Position numbers and translations under genes: made by a program | Shown here: in pieces, positions 40,458 to 50,065 of the stretch | Layout of the letters: every line of letters starts with the position of its first letter | Numbering within the stretch: position 1 is the first letter of the stretch | Assembly: GCA_963727525.1 (NCBI GenBank) | Contig: CAVSGO010000008.1 | Span: 64,001 to 128,000, forward strand | Direction of reading: 5' to 3' | Source of the DNA: an uncultured bacterium | GTDB taxonomy: Bacteria; Krumholzibacteriota; Krumholzibacteriia; LZORAL124-64-63 | DNA length: 64,000 bases | The notes under the pieces: model-generated | What the model was told of the DNA's origin: nothing | Seen by the model: the letters and a program-made list of their open reading frames with translations, nothing else | Database searches by the model: none

Positions 40458-41095
40458 GGCGCGATCGTGAGCGTCGATCCGTCGTGGCGCTGGCGCTGGG
40501 CACCGCGCTGGCAGCGACATCGATGCGGGCCGAGGCGCCCGCGACCGGCAACCCCATCGCCGTTGCCTTCGCGCTGGTCTTCGACTCGGAGGTCATCCGC
40601 CTCGACGTGGTGGCGGACAGCCTCCAGGTGACGGGTAAGTACGTGCTGCTCTGCCGCGAGCCGATCCGTGGCCGCACGCCCCTGTTCTATCCGTTCCCGG
40701 TGGACTCGCTACTCGGAGGCGCCCGTATGGTCTCGCTGACGGGCCGCGCGGGATCCGGGCCGCCGGTGGACGTGACATGGCAGGTGCCGCCCACGGCGCC
40801 GGGCGTGCGCTGGTGGTTGCCGCCTTGCCACGCCGACACCCTCATGCTCACGGCGGTGTACCGGCAGAAGCTCGAGAGCGAGTATGCGCGGTACATCGTG
40901 ACGTCGACGCAGGCCTGGGGTCGCCCGCTGCGCCACGCCGTCTTCGAGATCCACTTGCCGCCGGGCGCCACACCGACGGCGTTCAGCGATCCCTTCGCGC
41001 CGCGCGGCGAAGGGGACCAGATCAGCTACGTCTTCGAGGCACGCGACTTCATGCCCGTGCACGACATCACGGTGCGGTGGGCGCGTAGCCGGTAG
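40454..41095 (+). CDS. Secreted DUF4424-like protein
   Basis: ATGA overlap; signal peptide; F.SEVI, LFYPFP and RYIVTSTQAWGRPL. Confidence 0.65.
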   Translation: MRRDRERRSVVALALGTALAATSMRAEAPATGNPIAVAFALVFDSEVIRLDVVADSLQVTGKYVLLCREPIRGRTPLFYPFPVDSLLGGARMVSLTGRAGSGPPVDVTWQVPPTAPGVRWWLPPCHADTLMLTAVYRQKLESEYARYIVTSTQAWGRPLRHAVFEIHLPPGATPTAFSDPFAPRGEGDQISYVFEARDFMPVHDITVRWARSR

Positions 41096-41130
41096 CGCGG
41101 CCGCGAGCGGCGCGACGTGCCAAGGCCGTG

Positions 41131-42703
41131 TCAGCGGACGCCGACCGCCGGCAACACATAGTTCACCAGGAGGGTGTTGGTGAACGACTGGCGGTTGTAG
41201 TTGCCGCCGGTGAGCACGGCGATCAGGTCGTACTTCGGGAACCACCAGATTTCCTGGCCGCCGTTGCCCTGGGCTGCGATCGCATCCACGCGCGTGCGGC
41301 CCACGTTCAGGTAGGGGCGCCACCAGAGCCAGCCGTAGTCGGTGTCGCCGACCATGGCGTGGCTGGCCGTGGATTCGTCGACCCACTTCTGCGCGATGAT
41401 CTGTTTGCCGTGCCATGTCCCGCCCTGCGCGTAGAGCAATCCGAACTTCGCCATGTCGCGCGGGCGGAGGGAGAGTTGGCAGAACGTGCTCGCGCTGGAG
41501 GCGTCGGGGACGAAGCGCCAGCGCACGTCGGTGATGCCGAGCGGCGAGAAGAGGCGGTCGCGGGCGTACTGCGCGAGCGGGGTGCCGGTGAGCAGCTCCA
41601 CGAGGCGACCGAGCACGATGACGTTGCCCGAGCAGTAGGAACCACGGGTGCCGGGGGCGGCGACCGATCGGCAGATCGAGGATGAAGCGTACCCAGTCGT
41701 CGCTCGTGCCCATGCGCGTCTCGTTGCCGGGGGAGTCGGCGTCCCAGTCGTCGCAGGCGAGGCCCGATTGCTGGGAGAGCAGGTCGGCCACGGTGATGCG
41801 GCGCTTGTCCGCGGTGATGTGGTCGAGGTGCGGATATGCGGAGCTGAAGAACGGCAGGACCGGGGCGGCCGGGCCGGGGATCGCGCCGTCGGCGATGGCC
41901 AGGCCCACGAGCGCGGAGACGAAGCTCTTGGTGGCCGAGCGGAGCTGGTGCGGGGTGTCGCGATCGTACTCGTAGAAGTACTCCTCGAGGGCGAGCTTGC
42001 CGTGCCGCAGCAGGAGGATGCTGTGGGTGTGCGGATAGTCGCCGCGGGCCAGGCGCTGCACCATGGTGGCCAGGACCGTGGTGTCGAGCCCCACGGACGC
42101 GGGCTCTGCCGTGGGCAGGCCGTCGTCGAGCTGCGGCGGGCGCCGGCAATGGTAGCGATAGGTGCTGTCGCGGGCGGCGAGGCGCGGGTACCAGATGCGC
42201 GGCGACAGGGCGAGGTCGGGTGTGAGGCGTCGATACGGCGTGTCGGGGGCGGCGGCGACCGAGTAGCCCGTGACGTGGCCGTGGGCGTCGCGGACGAAGG
42301 TGACGAGCTGGCCGGCGGCGTCGCGGAAGACGTCGCGCGTGGGGGTGGGCTCCAGCGGGTAGAAGGCGCCGTCGATGATCGCGTACAGGGTGGTGTCGAC
42401 CGGGGAGAGGGCGAGGTCGAGGGTGGTGCCGCCGCGATACTCGTAGTGGCCGACGTAGTCGTCGAGATCGGCGGCGCTCAGGTCGGGCCGGGTGACGGCC
42501 ACGAGGGTCATGCCGCAGATCGGGCAGGTGCCCGGCGCGTCCCACACGTACTGCGGGCCGGAGCAGCCGGCGCCGCACGGGGGGCACACGTAGCGCGTGC
42601 GGGCGGCGAGCGTGTCGGCCGGCGCGGGAGAGGCGCCGGCATGGCCGGCCAATACGGCCAGCACGAGGCAGGTCGCGACGAGGCCGCGAGTGCCCCGCGT
42701 CAT
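41131..42703 (-). CDS. Serine hydrolase (beta-lactamase/PBP fold) with an N-terminal Cys-rich metal-binding motif; +1 frameshift at about 41670
   Basis: Signal peptide; CPPC...CPICGMTLV; SATKS (SxxK); SYCSGN; LRPRDMAKFG; GNGGQ. Confidence 0.88.
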
Positions 42704-43320
42704 CCCACCATCGCCACGAGCGCGATCGTCATGTCCGGGAAGCCGATCACGCGCAGGCGGGAGGTGCAGGCGCGGCCCGGCGCGAGGGTGTCGGTCAACG
42801 TGACGCGGCAGGTGACCACCTGCTCCACGCCGGGCGCGAGCGAGAAGCGTTCCGGATCCACGGTCAGAGGGAGGCGGCCGATGGTCTGGCCGTCGGGGTC
42901 GACGAAGGCCGCGGCCTCGAAGCTCACGTCCACGGCTTCGGGCTGGTTGTTGGCCACCACGAAGGGGCGGGCCACCTGCTCGCCGGCCTTGCCGGTGAAG
43001 GTGAGGGAGGCGCTGGTGCCGGCACCAGAGGTGCCGGCGCCACTCGTGCGGGAGCTGGTGGCGGCCACGTCGCTCGCCATGCGGTCCTGCAGGTCGAGGC
43101 CGATGTCGAGCAGGCGGTTCCAGTAGTCGAGATAGGCGCGCGTGACGGCGCGGGCGTAGGTGCCGCCCTCGTCGCGGGCGAGGCCGAGCGCGCGGTCGGC
43201 CACCTTGTCGTAGGCGAGCTTGCCCGTCGCCACGTCGCGCATGGTGTTGCCGTACAGGCGCCACATGCCGACACCGAGGTCGACGCTCCGGGACACGAGG
43301 TCGTTCCAGCCGCGATCCAT
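42700..43320 (-). CDS. Hypothetical protein (helical N-terminus, Ig-like C-terminus)
   Basis: AGGAGG SD; stop overlaps the next start; S/T/G linker followed by a beta-rich domain. Confidence 0.75.
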   Translation of the reverse strand: MDRGWNDLVSRSVDLGVGMWRLYGNTMRDVATGKLAYDKVADRALGLARDEGGTYARAVTRAYLDYWNRLLDIGLDLQDRMASDVAATSSRTSGAGTSGAGTSASLTFTGKAGEQVARPFVVANNQPEAVDVSFEAAAFVDPDGQTIGRLPLTVDPERFSLAPGVEQVVTCRVTLTDTLAPGRACTSRLRVIGFPDMTIALVAMVG

Positions 43321-43331
43321 CGTCTTGCCTC

Positions 43332-44177
43332 CTAGCCCTTGCGCTTCTTCTTCGCGGTCTTCTTGCGCGGCGCGGTCTTGCTCGCCACGGATCGCGACGC
43401 GGTAACGGTGGTGCCCGCGGCCGTGCCTGCCACGGCGCCGGTGGCCGCGGTGCGCCCGCCGGTGGGATTGTTCGGGCCTACGGGATCATTCGGCGTGCGG
43501 CCCACCGGCTCGAAGCACGGTTCCTCGCACTGGAAGTGGTCGGACCACCGGTGTTCGCGCACGCGCATGGGCATCTCGCCCTGCTCCACGTCGCAGTGGG
43601 GGCGCGCCTCCGGCTCCACGTCGATACGCAGCTTGACGCACTGCTCGTAGAGGCCGCGGACGGCGATCTCGCCGGTGTAGGTGCGGCCCGCCTCGAAACC
43701 CTCGGCGAGGCTGGCGACCACGAACACCTGCACTGCTTGCCCGGGCGCCAGCGTGGCGCTCTGCGGATCGAGGTTGGGTGTCACGCCGGAGCCGACGCCG
43801 TCGCTCTCGAGGGCGGTGGGCACGAACGTGAAGGTGCGCGTCTGCGTGCCGGTGTTGGTGACGCGCACGGTGCCGCGCACCACATCGCGCGGGTTGGCCT
43901 GCCAGGCCAGCTCGCACACGCAGCGGGGCGGACAGCAGGTTTCGGGCACCTCGCAGGTGCTGCGCGGACGGCAGCCGCAGGAGCTGCTGCTCCCCATCGT
44001 GCCGCTGCGCAGGTTCGACACGTAGCCATCCCACATGGAGCGGCCGAGCTTCAGCGAGGGCTCCCACATCCGCGTGTACTGCGTGTAGGCCTGGCTGCCC
44101 AGGCGCAGGGCCTCGCGTACGAAGCCCTCGAGATCGGTCGTGGAACTCGAAGCATTGATCTTCGTGGTCTTGATCAT
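43332..44177 (-). CDS. Hypothetical Cys-rich protein with an Ig-like core and Lys-rich tail
   Basis: GGGAGG SD and ATGA overlap; CGC...CEVPETCCPPRCVC; ends KKTAKKKRKG. Confidence 0.78.
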   Translation of the reverse strand: MIKTTKINASSSTTDLEGFVREALRLGSQAYTQYTRMWEPSLKLGRSMWDGYVSNLRSGTMGSSSSCGCRPRSTCEVPETCCPPRCVCELAWQANPRDVVRGTVRVTNTGTQTRTFTFVPTALESDGVGSGVTPNLDPQSATLAPGQAVQVFVVASLAEGFEAGRTYTGEIAVRGLYEQCVKLRIDVEPEARPHCDVEQGEMPMRVREHRWSDHFQCEEPCFEPVGRTPNDPVGPNNPTGGRTAATGAVAGTAAGTTVTASRSVASKTAPRKKTAKKKRKG

Positions 44178-44965
44178 CGCGGACCTCCCTCGGCAATCTT
44201 GCCGGTGGTCACCTCGAGCACGACGGCGGCGTTGTACAGCTCGAGTCGAGCCTGGTAGCGGCGGTGTGACTGCAAGCCCTCGGGCAACGTGATGGTGGCC
44301 TCGCCGGCGCGGGTCTCGCCGGGCTGCAGCGTCTCGTCGGGCCGGTCGAGCAGCACGAGCCCCGCCTGCTGGTGCGAGTACGCGCAGAGCAGTTCGCGCA
44401 GGGGATCGCTCTCGGGATCTTCGCAGGCGCGCGCGCTGCCCTCGCGCAGGGCGGCACGCTCCTCGATGACGTCGACGAGCATGGCCGCGCAGCGCTCGCC
44501 CAGGCGCACGGGCACGTTGCCCGCGTTCTCAACGACGAAGCGGCGCGTGAACTTGCGTTCGCCCTCGGTGAAGAGCCACACCACGTCGGGGCTGATGCGC
44601 AGGTCGAGATTGTCGACCACGTGCAGCACCACGCGCTGCGTGCGGTCGCCGACGGTGATCTCGGCCTCGTAGGTGCCGGGCGCCGTGCGCGGATCGAGGC
44701 GCACCGTGGCCGGGGCGGCACCCTGGGCGCCGGGGGCGATGCGGGCCGCCACCTCGAGCGACGCCACGGGCTGGCGCGCGATGCCGGCGAGCGTCACTCC
44801 CGCATTCTTGCGGGCGGCGAGCGGTATCTGTTGGAGCTTGAGCTTCTCGCCCGTGGGATTGGACAGGCGCAGCTTCCCCCGCAACGCGGCGGGCGGACCG
44901 TAGAACACGGGCGGGTCGTCCTTGCCGTGCATGAGGACGAGGCCGGTGGTGGACGCGTCGATCAT
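44174..44965 (-). CDS. Hypothetical protein with two Ig-like beta domains
   Basis: AGGAGG SD before MIDAS; LDPRTAPGTY, VENAGNVP and LQPGET. Confidence 0.78.
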   Translation of the reverse strand: MIDASTTGLVLMHGKDDPPVFYGPPAALRGKLRLSNPTGEKLKLQQIPLAARKNAGVTLAGIARQPVASLEVAARIAPGAQGAAPATVRLDPRTAPGTYEAEITVGDRTQRVVLHVVDNLDLRISPDVVWLFTEGERKFTRRFVVENAGNVPVRLGERCAAMLVDVIEERAALREGSARACEDPESDPLRELLCAYSHQQAGLVLLDRPDETLQPGETRAGEATITLPEGLQSHRRYQARLELYNAAVVLEVTTGKIAEGGPR

Positions 44966-44976
44966 GAGCGCACCTC

Positions 44977-45408
44977 CTAGCGGCAGGCCTCGGAACGTCG
45001 GGGTACGTACTTCTCGGTGATCACCTGCGTCTCGCCACACAGCGAGAACCGCAACACCTCCAGGCCCAGGATCGACAGGCCGAGGTCGTAGTGCGACGGC
45101 ACGTGCGCCCGCACGCTCGGGATCTCCTTGATCGCGATATCGATCTGCGGCAGCTCCTTCACCGCGAATTCGATGCGCGGCATCTCCTTCACGGCGATAT
45201 CCACCTGCGGCAGTTCCTTCACGGCGACGTCGTACTGCGGCATCTCCTTGATCGCGAACTCGATCCGCGGCATCTCCTTGACGTGGATGTCCGGGATCTC
45301 CTTGACGCGGATGTTATCCAGGTCGGCATCGACGTGAATGGTCTCGCCATTGCTGCCCAGCTCCACGTTGAACGTGTAGGTGGTGGGAACTCTGACCGAA
45401 GTACTCAC
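44977..45408 (-). CDS. Hypothetical protein with tandem 10-aa [VI]KE[ILM]P repeats
   Basis: GGAGG SD then GTG at 45408; seven KExP units. Confidence 0.78.
   Translation of the reverse strand: MSTSVRVPTTYTFNVELGSNGETIHVDADLDNIRVKEIPDIHVKEMPRIEFAIKEMPQYDVAVKELPQVDIAVKEMPRIEFAVKELPQIDIAIKEIPSVRAHVPSHYDLGLSILGLEVLRFSLCGETQVITEKYVPRRSEACR
45115..45310 (-). repeat. About 30-bp intragenic tandem repeat (seven units)
   Basis: Recurring (g/c)A(t/g)(c/t)TCCTT(g/c)A on the + strand at 30-nt spacing, with one 24-nt unit. Confidence 0.85.
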
Positions 45409-45664
45409 AAGCGGACCTCCGGGTCCGAGAGATCGGGGGATCGGTATAGGGGGGCAGTATAGCCGAGGGCGCGGCAAATACAAGAGCATCAAGGTTCGAT
45501 ATCTGCGGAGTGGGTCGAATGGCGGATCAGGCGTCGCGGTGAAAGTCCTATGTCGGTTGCCTTGGGTTTGGGTATAGCGATGATGATGTATTGTGTTCTT
45601 TTCGTCTAATTCGTATGCTCCCTTCCCACATCGAGAAGATGGGTCCAGCACCCCGGACTCCCGG

Positions 45665-47419
45665 TCAATCCGAAGTCCTCACCGGACGGAACCCGCCGTA
45701 GCGGCCGGAACTGCTCGGCGTGTCGACGCTCCGCTTGGCCGAACGGCACCCCTGCGCATAGTTGACCCAGCTCCCGCCGCGGATCACCCGGACCGTACCG
45801 GTGGCCGGGCCTGCGGGGTCCGTCACGTAAATGTCATCTCCATAACTGCCGTACCAGTCGTTGCACCATTCCCAGAGGTTGCCGTGCAAATCGTACAGCC
45901 CCCAGGCGTTGGCCTGCTTCTGGGCCACGGGATGCGACCAATCGCCCGCATTTCCGCAGTACCAGCCCACCGCGTCCAGATTCTGGTCGACGGGATCGCA
46001 TCCGGTGTCGATGAGCGGCCCGTCCGTGAACGCAGACCAGCACCCGGCCCGACACGCGTACTCCCACTCCGCCTCCGTCGGCAGGCGAAACCCCTGCGCG
46101 TTGTACGGATCGTGGTCGTTGCATCGCCAGGTGCCGTGATCGTATGCCCGAGGCAAGCTCCGCTGCAGGCTCAGCCAGTCGCAATACGCCGCCGAGCCGT
46201 ACCAGGTCACCTCGTGGACAGGGTAGTCCTGCTTGCCGTCATTCACGGTGAACGTCTCGCCGTCGAAAGCGATGTCGCAGGCGGGACTGCCCAGGGCGAG
46301 AAGCTCGCGAACCGAACCGTCCAGGTTGTCGAACAGGCTCGTGCTGGTTGCCGTGCAGTAGCCGTGATCATAGGCCCACTGTGCGAGGTCCCGGTATTGC
46401 TGGTTCGTCACTTCCGTCGCTTGCATGTAGAATCCATGCAGCAAGTTCACGTCGTGCCTGACCTCGTCCCTTTCCCGCTCCGGTTCACTTGCCGGGCTGC
46501 CCATATAGAAGTAGTTGCCAGTAATGACCGAGACAGCGGCGAACCCCGTCGGTGTACCCGAATTGTCGTAGCTCCCCGTGAACGTGATGGCTCCGTTCGC
46601 CGCCAGCCACAGGGTCCGCGTCTCTGGACTCGGAGGTGTCCAGCCCATCACGGCCCCCCACGTCACGGTGTAGCTGCCGGACGCCATGTTCTCCAGCGTC
46701 GTGTCTTCATGGCCCGAGAGGCTGAAGCCTTCCGGCCCCGAGATCTGCCATGGTCCGTTCGCGTCGTCCGGCACGACGTCGATCGTGATCGTCCCGGGGT
46801 GCGGCGAATAGGTCACCGTGAACGTCACCGATCCGTTCGCCGACAGCATCTGTGTCACCGTCGCCGGATCAGGCGTCGTCCAGTCCGGCAACTCGCCCCA
46901 GGTCAGCGTGTAGCTGCCCGCCGCGACCTCGTCGAGCGTCGTGTCCCCAATGCCCGTCTGGCTGAAGCCGTCCGGCCCCGCGATCTGCCAGGGCGCATTC
47001 GCCCGATTGGGCTCGGGGTCGATCGTGATCGTACGACGCTGCGCGACATAGGTCCCTGCGAAGGCCACCGTCCCGTACACCGTCAGGGTCTGCGTCACCG
47101 TCGCCGGGCTCGGCGTCTCCCAGTCCACTACCGCGCCCCACGCGAGCGTGTAGTCGCCCGGCCGCATGTCCTCCAGGACCTCGTCCCCGTCACCCGACTG
47201 CTCGAAGCCACTCGGTCCCGTGATCTGCCACGGCGGGGCAACGCTATTCGGCTCCGCATTGATCGTGACCGTGCCAACCTGCGGCACGCCGGGATCATCG
47301 TCGCCGCAACCCACGATGCCGATGGAAATGGAGAGCACGAGCATCACGCCGCAGAAGCGCGCAGACGCCACACTAGAGCGCTGCCTCATCCCGGGCACCA
47401 GAAAAGAGTGCAAATTCAT
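45665..47419 (-). CDS. Lipoprotein with three Ig/PEGA-like repeats and a C-terminal FGE-sulfatase (CLec-fold) domain
   Basis: Lipobox IVGC; three approximately 80-aa repeats; FYMGS, TEVT, RLPTEAEWEYA, GLYDLHGNLWEW and RGGSW...GFR. Start uncertain. Confidence 0.88.
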   Translation of the reverse strand: MNLHSFLVPGMRQRSSVASARFCGVMLVLSISIGIVGCGDDDPGVPQVGTVTINAEPNSVAPPWQITGPSGFEQSGDGDEVLEDMRPGDYTLAWGAVVDWETPSPATVTQTLTVYGTVAFAGTYVAQRRTITIDPEPNRANAPWQIAGPDGFSQTGIGDTTLDEVAAGSYTLTWGELPDWTTPDPATVTQMLSANGSVTFTVTYSPHPGTITIDVVPDDANGPWQISGPEGFSLSGHEDTTLENMASGSYTVTWGAVMGWTPPSPETRTLWLAANGAITFTGSYDNSGTPTGFAAVSVITGNYFYMGSPASEPERERDEVRHDVNLLHGFYMQATEVTNQQYRDLAQWAYDHGYCTATSTSLFDNLDGSVRELLALGSPACDIAFDGETFTVNDGKQDYPVHEVTWYGSAAYCDWLSLQRSLPRAYDHGTWRCNDHDPYNAQGFRLPTEAEWEYACRAGCWSAFTDGPLIDTGCDPVDQNLDAVGWYCGNAGDWSHPVAQKQANAWGLYDLHGNLWEWCNDWYGSYGDDIYVTDPAGPATGTVRVIRGGSWVNYAQGCRSAKRSVDTPSSSGRYGGFRPVRTSD

Positions 47420-47540
47420 TGAGTATCTCCCCCCGCCCCTCGCGGTCATGGACGATTCGAGTCAGCAACTCGATCCACGCCACAGCATGATCGCAAAGGA
47501 CCTCATAATAGTAGCGTCCGCGAACGTATCCCGCCAATCT

Positions 47541-48722
47541 TTAACGAAATAGAGCCTTCAACGCCCCCCAACTCATCGGCGTCACCGGCACCGAGACGGG
47601 GGAGAAGGGTTCGAAGTCGATGATTACGCGATGTATCCAGTCTGGAGGCTCGTAGTCGCTATGGTCGTCGATCCACGCCGAAATCTGATCAGGGTCGTCG
47701 GTGCCCCAGTAGTTGCCACTCAAGTCGACGTGACAGGGATCAGGGCAGTTGACATCCCCTGCAACGACCTTTACGGACATCCCCCCGCCATTGAGAATAT
47801 CATTGCCATGAAAGTCCATGAAACTACGCGCCGCATCTGCGCCCACGTGAAAGGTGACGCGACTACAGCCCTCGAGGACATTGCCCGAACCGATCAGCGA
47901 GCCCCACTGCTCGAAGTACAACCCATCCACTCCGGCCGCGATACGGCACCCATACATCTGCACGTCCGAACTCGAAATTGCAACCGCGCTCGTTCCCGCC
48001 CGCTCGCAGAATTGACAGTCGCGAAGTTCCACCTGGGCGCCTTCGTAGATGCCGACGTGGGTGCGCCCGCCGTGGATGACACAGTCCTGGATCAACGTGT
48101 GCGGACAGTGCGCGATATAAATCGCTTTGTCATTATCATAGAATTCGCAAGATCGCAAGACTCCGTTGTCTGTCGTGTCTACGAAGAACAATGCTACATC
48201 TAGGTTATCGCGAAACACCGAATTTTCGATCGTATTTCCGCCACGCGCCCAGGTGATGATACCGGTATTGCTGCTGCCGTCGATTTCACAATGATCGACA
48301 TCGACCGCTAGCCCAAAGAAGAATACGCCGCTTACGAGACCCAATATCTTGAGATCCCGGAGATGCAGCACACCGTCATTGATCATCGAGACACCATTTA
48401 TGTCAGTGTCTCCATAGCCCTCAGGCGGGATCCCACCGATGATCGTCTCCCCGATGCCAGCGCCGATGATCGTCAGTTCGTCCTGCGTAGCCTGTGCGCA
48501 CGAATACACGTTCCATTCTCCATTGAACCACGCCCATGCGTAGTCCGAGAACGTCCCCGGGCCGATTTGAATCGTATCACCAGAGGCCGCGAGATCGATT
48601 GCCGTCTGGATGATCGTGGCATCGCCGCTGCCGTCCTTCTCGACCCGCCAGGTTCTCGCTGAGGTGACGTTTGCGGCCACGAAGACGATGAAGATCGGGA
48701 TCAGATGTATGTGGCCGCGCAT
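47541..48722 (-). CDS. Secreted right-handed beta-helix protein, paralogue 3, with WGALKALFR tail
   Basis: DGSGDATIIQTAID...GDTIQIGPGT; PbH1-like repeats; NYWGT. Confidence 0.85.
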   Translation of the reverse strand: MRGHIHLIPIFIVFVAANVTSARTWRVEKDGSGDATIIQTAIDLAASGDTIQIGPGTFSDYAWAWFNGEWNVYSCAQATQDELTIIGAGIGETIIGGIPPEGYGDTDINGVSMINDGVLHLRDLKILGLVSGVFFFGLAVDVDHCEIDGSSNTGIITWARGGNTIENSVFRDNLDVALFFVDTTDNGVLRSCEFYDNDKAIYIAHCPHTLIQDCVIHGGRTHVGIYEGAQVELRDCQFCERAGTSAVAISSSDVQMYGCRIAAGVDGLYFEQWGSLIGSGNVLEGCSRVTFHVGADAARSFMDFHGNDILNGGGMSVKVVAGDVNCPDPCHVDLSGNYWGTDDPDQISAWIDDHSDYEPPDWIHRVIIDFEPFSPVSVPVTPMSWGALKALFR

Positions 48723-48738
48723 GGCGTCCCTCCTCGCT

Positions 48739-48768
48739 GCGGGGTGGAGCCGCGAGGCTCCACCCCGC
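48739..48768. repeat. Conserved leader hairpin (one of three copies)
   Basis: GCGGGGTGGAGCC-gcga-GGCTCCACCCCGC; also at 50021-50050 and 52052-52081. Confidence 0.85.
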
Positions 48769-48816
48769 CTTTGGCCTCCGGTTCTGATAGTAGTGTCCGC
48801 GAGCGTACCCCGTCAA

Positions 48817-50004
48817 TCATCGACGAAACAGAGACTTCAATGCCCCCCAGCTCGTCGGCGTCACCGGCACCGAGACGGGGGAGAAGGGTTCGAAGTCGAT
48901 GATGGATTGATGGTCCCAATGGGGAGGGTGAAAGTCGTAATAGTCGTAGATCCACGTTGCAATCAGATCGGGGTCGTCGGTACCCCAGTAATTGCCACTT
49001 AGGTCGACATGACAGGGTTCGCTGGGACAATTATCATCCGAAGCCACGTTTATAACTGAATATCCCCGGCCGTTGAGAATATCATTGCCATGAAAGTCCA
49101 TGAAACTACGCGTCGCATCTGCCCCCACGTGAAAGGTGACGCGACTACAGCCCTCGAGGACGTTGCCCGAGCCGATCAGCGACCCCCATTGTTCGAAGTA
49201 CAGCCCGTCCACCCCGGCCGCGATACGACAGTTATACATCCGCACATCCGAACTCGAAATGTAGACCGCGCTCGTAGCCCCCCGCTCGCAGAACTGGCAG
49301 TCGCGTAGCTCCACATGGGCGCCTTCGAAGACGCCGACGTGGTTGCGCCCGCCGTGGATGACACAATCCTGGATAAACGTATGAGGACAGTGGCTAATAT
49401 AGATCGCCTCGTCATTGTCATAGAACTCGCAAGATCGCACGATACCGTTATCTGATGTGCTCGCGAAATACATACCTACATCGTGATTGTCGCGAAACAC
49501 CGAATTCTTAATCGCATTTCCGCCACGCGCCCAGGTGACAACACCGGTATTGCTGTTGCCATCGATCTCACAATGATCGATATCGAGCACTGAACCTTCG
49601 AAATGCACACCGTTTACTAGACCCACTATCTCGAGATCCCTGAGATGCAGCACGCCGTCATTGATCATCGAGATACCGTTTATATCAGTATCTCCGTAGT
49701 CCTCGGGCGGGATCCCACCAATGATCGTCTCCCCAATGCCGGCGCCGATGATCGTCAGTTCGTCCTGTGTCGCCTGGGCGCATGAGTACACGTTCCATTC
49801 CCCGTTATACCACGCCCATGCGAAGTCCGAGAACGTCCCCGGGCCGATCTGTATCGTATCGCCAGAGGCCGCGAGATCAATTGCTGTCTGGATCACCGTA
49901 GCATCGCCGCTGCCGTCCTTCTCGACGCGCCAGGTCCGCGCAGGTGCAGTGGCGGCGGCTGCCAGGGCGATGATGATCAGGATCAGATGTGTGAGACCGC
50001 GCAT
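48817..50004 (-). CDS. Secreted right-handed beta-helix protein, paralogue 2, with WGALKSLFRR tail
   Basis: Closely similar to the other two paralogues; GAGGAGG SD before MRGLTH. Confidence 0.85.
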   Translation of the reverse strand: MRGLTHLILIIIALAAAATAPARTWRVEKDGSGDATVIQTAIDLAASGDTIQIGPGTFSDFAWAWYNGEWNVYSCAQATQDELTIIGAGIGETIIGGIPPEDYGDTDINGISMINDGVLHLRDLEIVGLVNGVHFEGSVLDIDHCEIDGNSNTGVVTWARGGNAIKNSVFRDNHDVGMYFASTSDNGIVRSCEFYDNDEAIYISHCPHTFIQDCVIHGGRNHVGVFEGAHVELRDCQFCERGATSAVYISSSDVRMYNCRIAAGVDGLYFEQWGSLIGSGNVLEGCSRVTFHVGADATRSFMDFHGNDILNGRGYSVINVASDDNCPSEPCHVDLSGNYWGTDDPDLIATWIYDYYDFHPPHWDHQSIIDFEPFSPVSVPVTPTSWGALKSLFRR

Positions 50005-50065
50005 GGCGTCCCTCCTCGCAGCGGGGTGGAGCCGCGAAGCTCCACCCCACATGTGGCCTCCGGTT

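Noticed and set aside
41131-42703. Calling the serine hydrolase an antibiotic-resistance beta-lactamase
   Set aside because: The fold is shared by many esterases and peptidases, and the AmpC-specific YxN and KTG motifs are not seen.
45115-45310. 30-bp repeats as a CRISPR array
   Set aside because: The units are contiguous, in frame and vary at synonymous positions, with no spacers and no cas genes.
45665-45800. FGE/CLec C-terminus as a diversity-generating retroelement variable region
   Set aside because: No reverse transcriptase or adenine-rich template repeat was found in the window, and several would-be variable codons (GGG, AAG, ACG) do not fit AAY origin. A remote DGR cannot be excluded without a genome-wide search.
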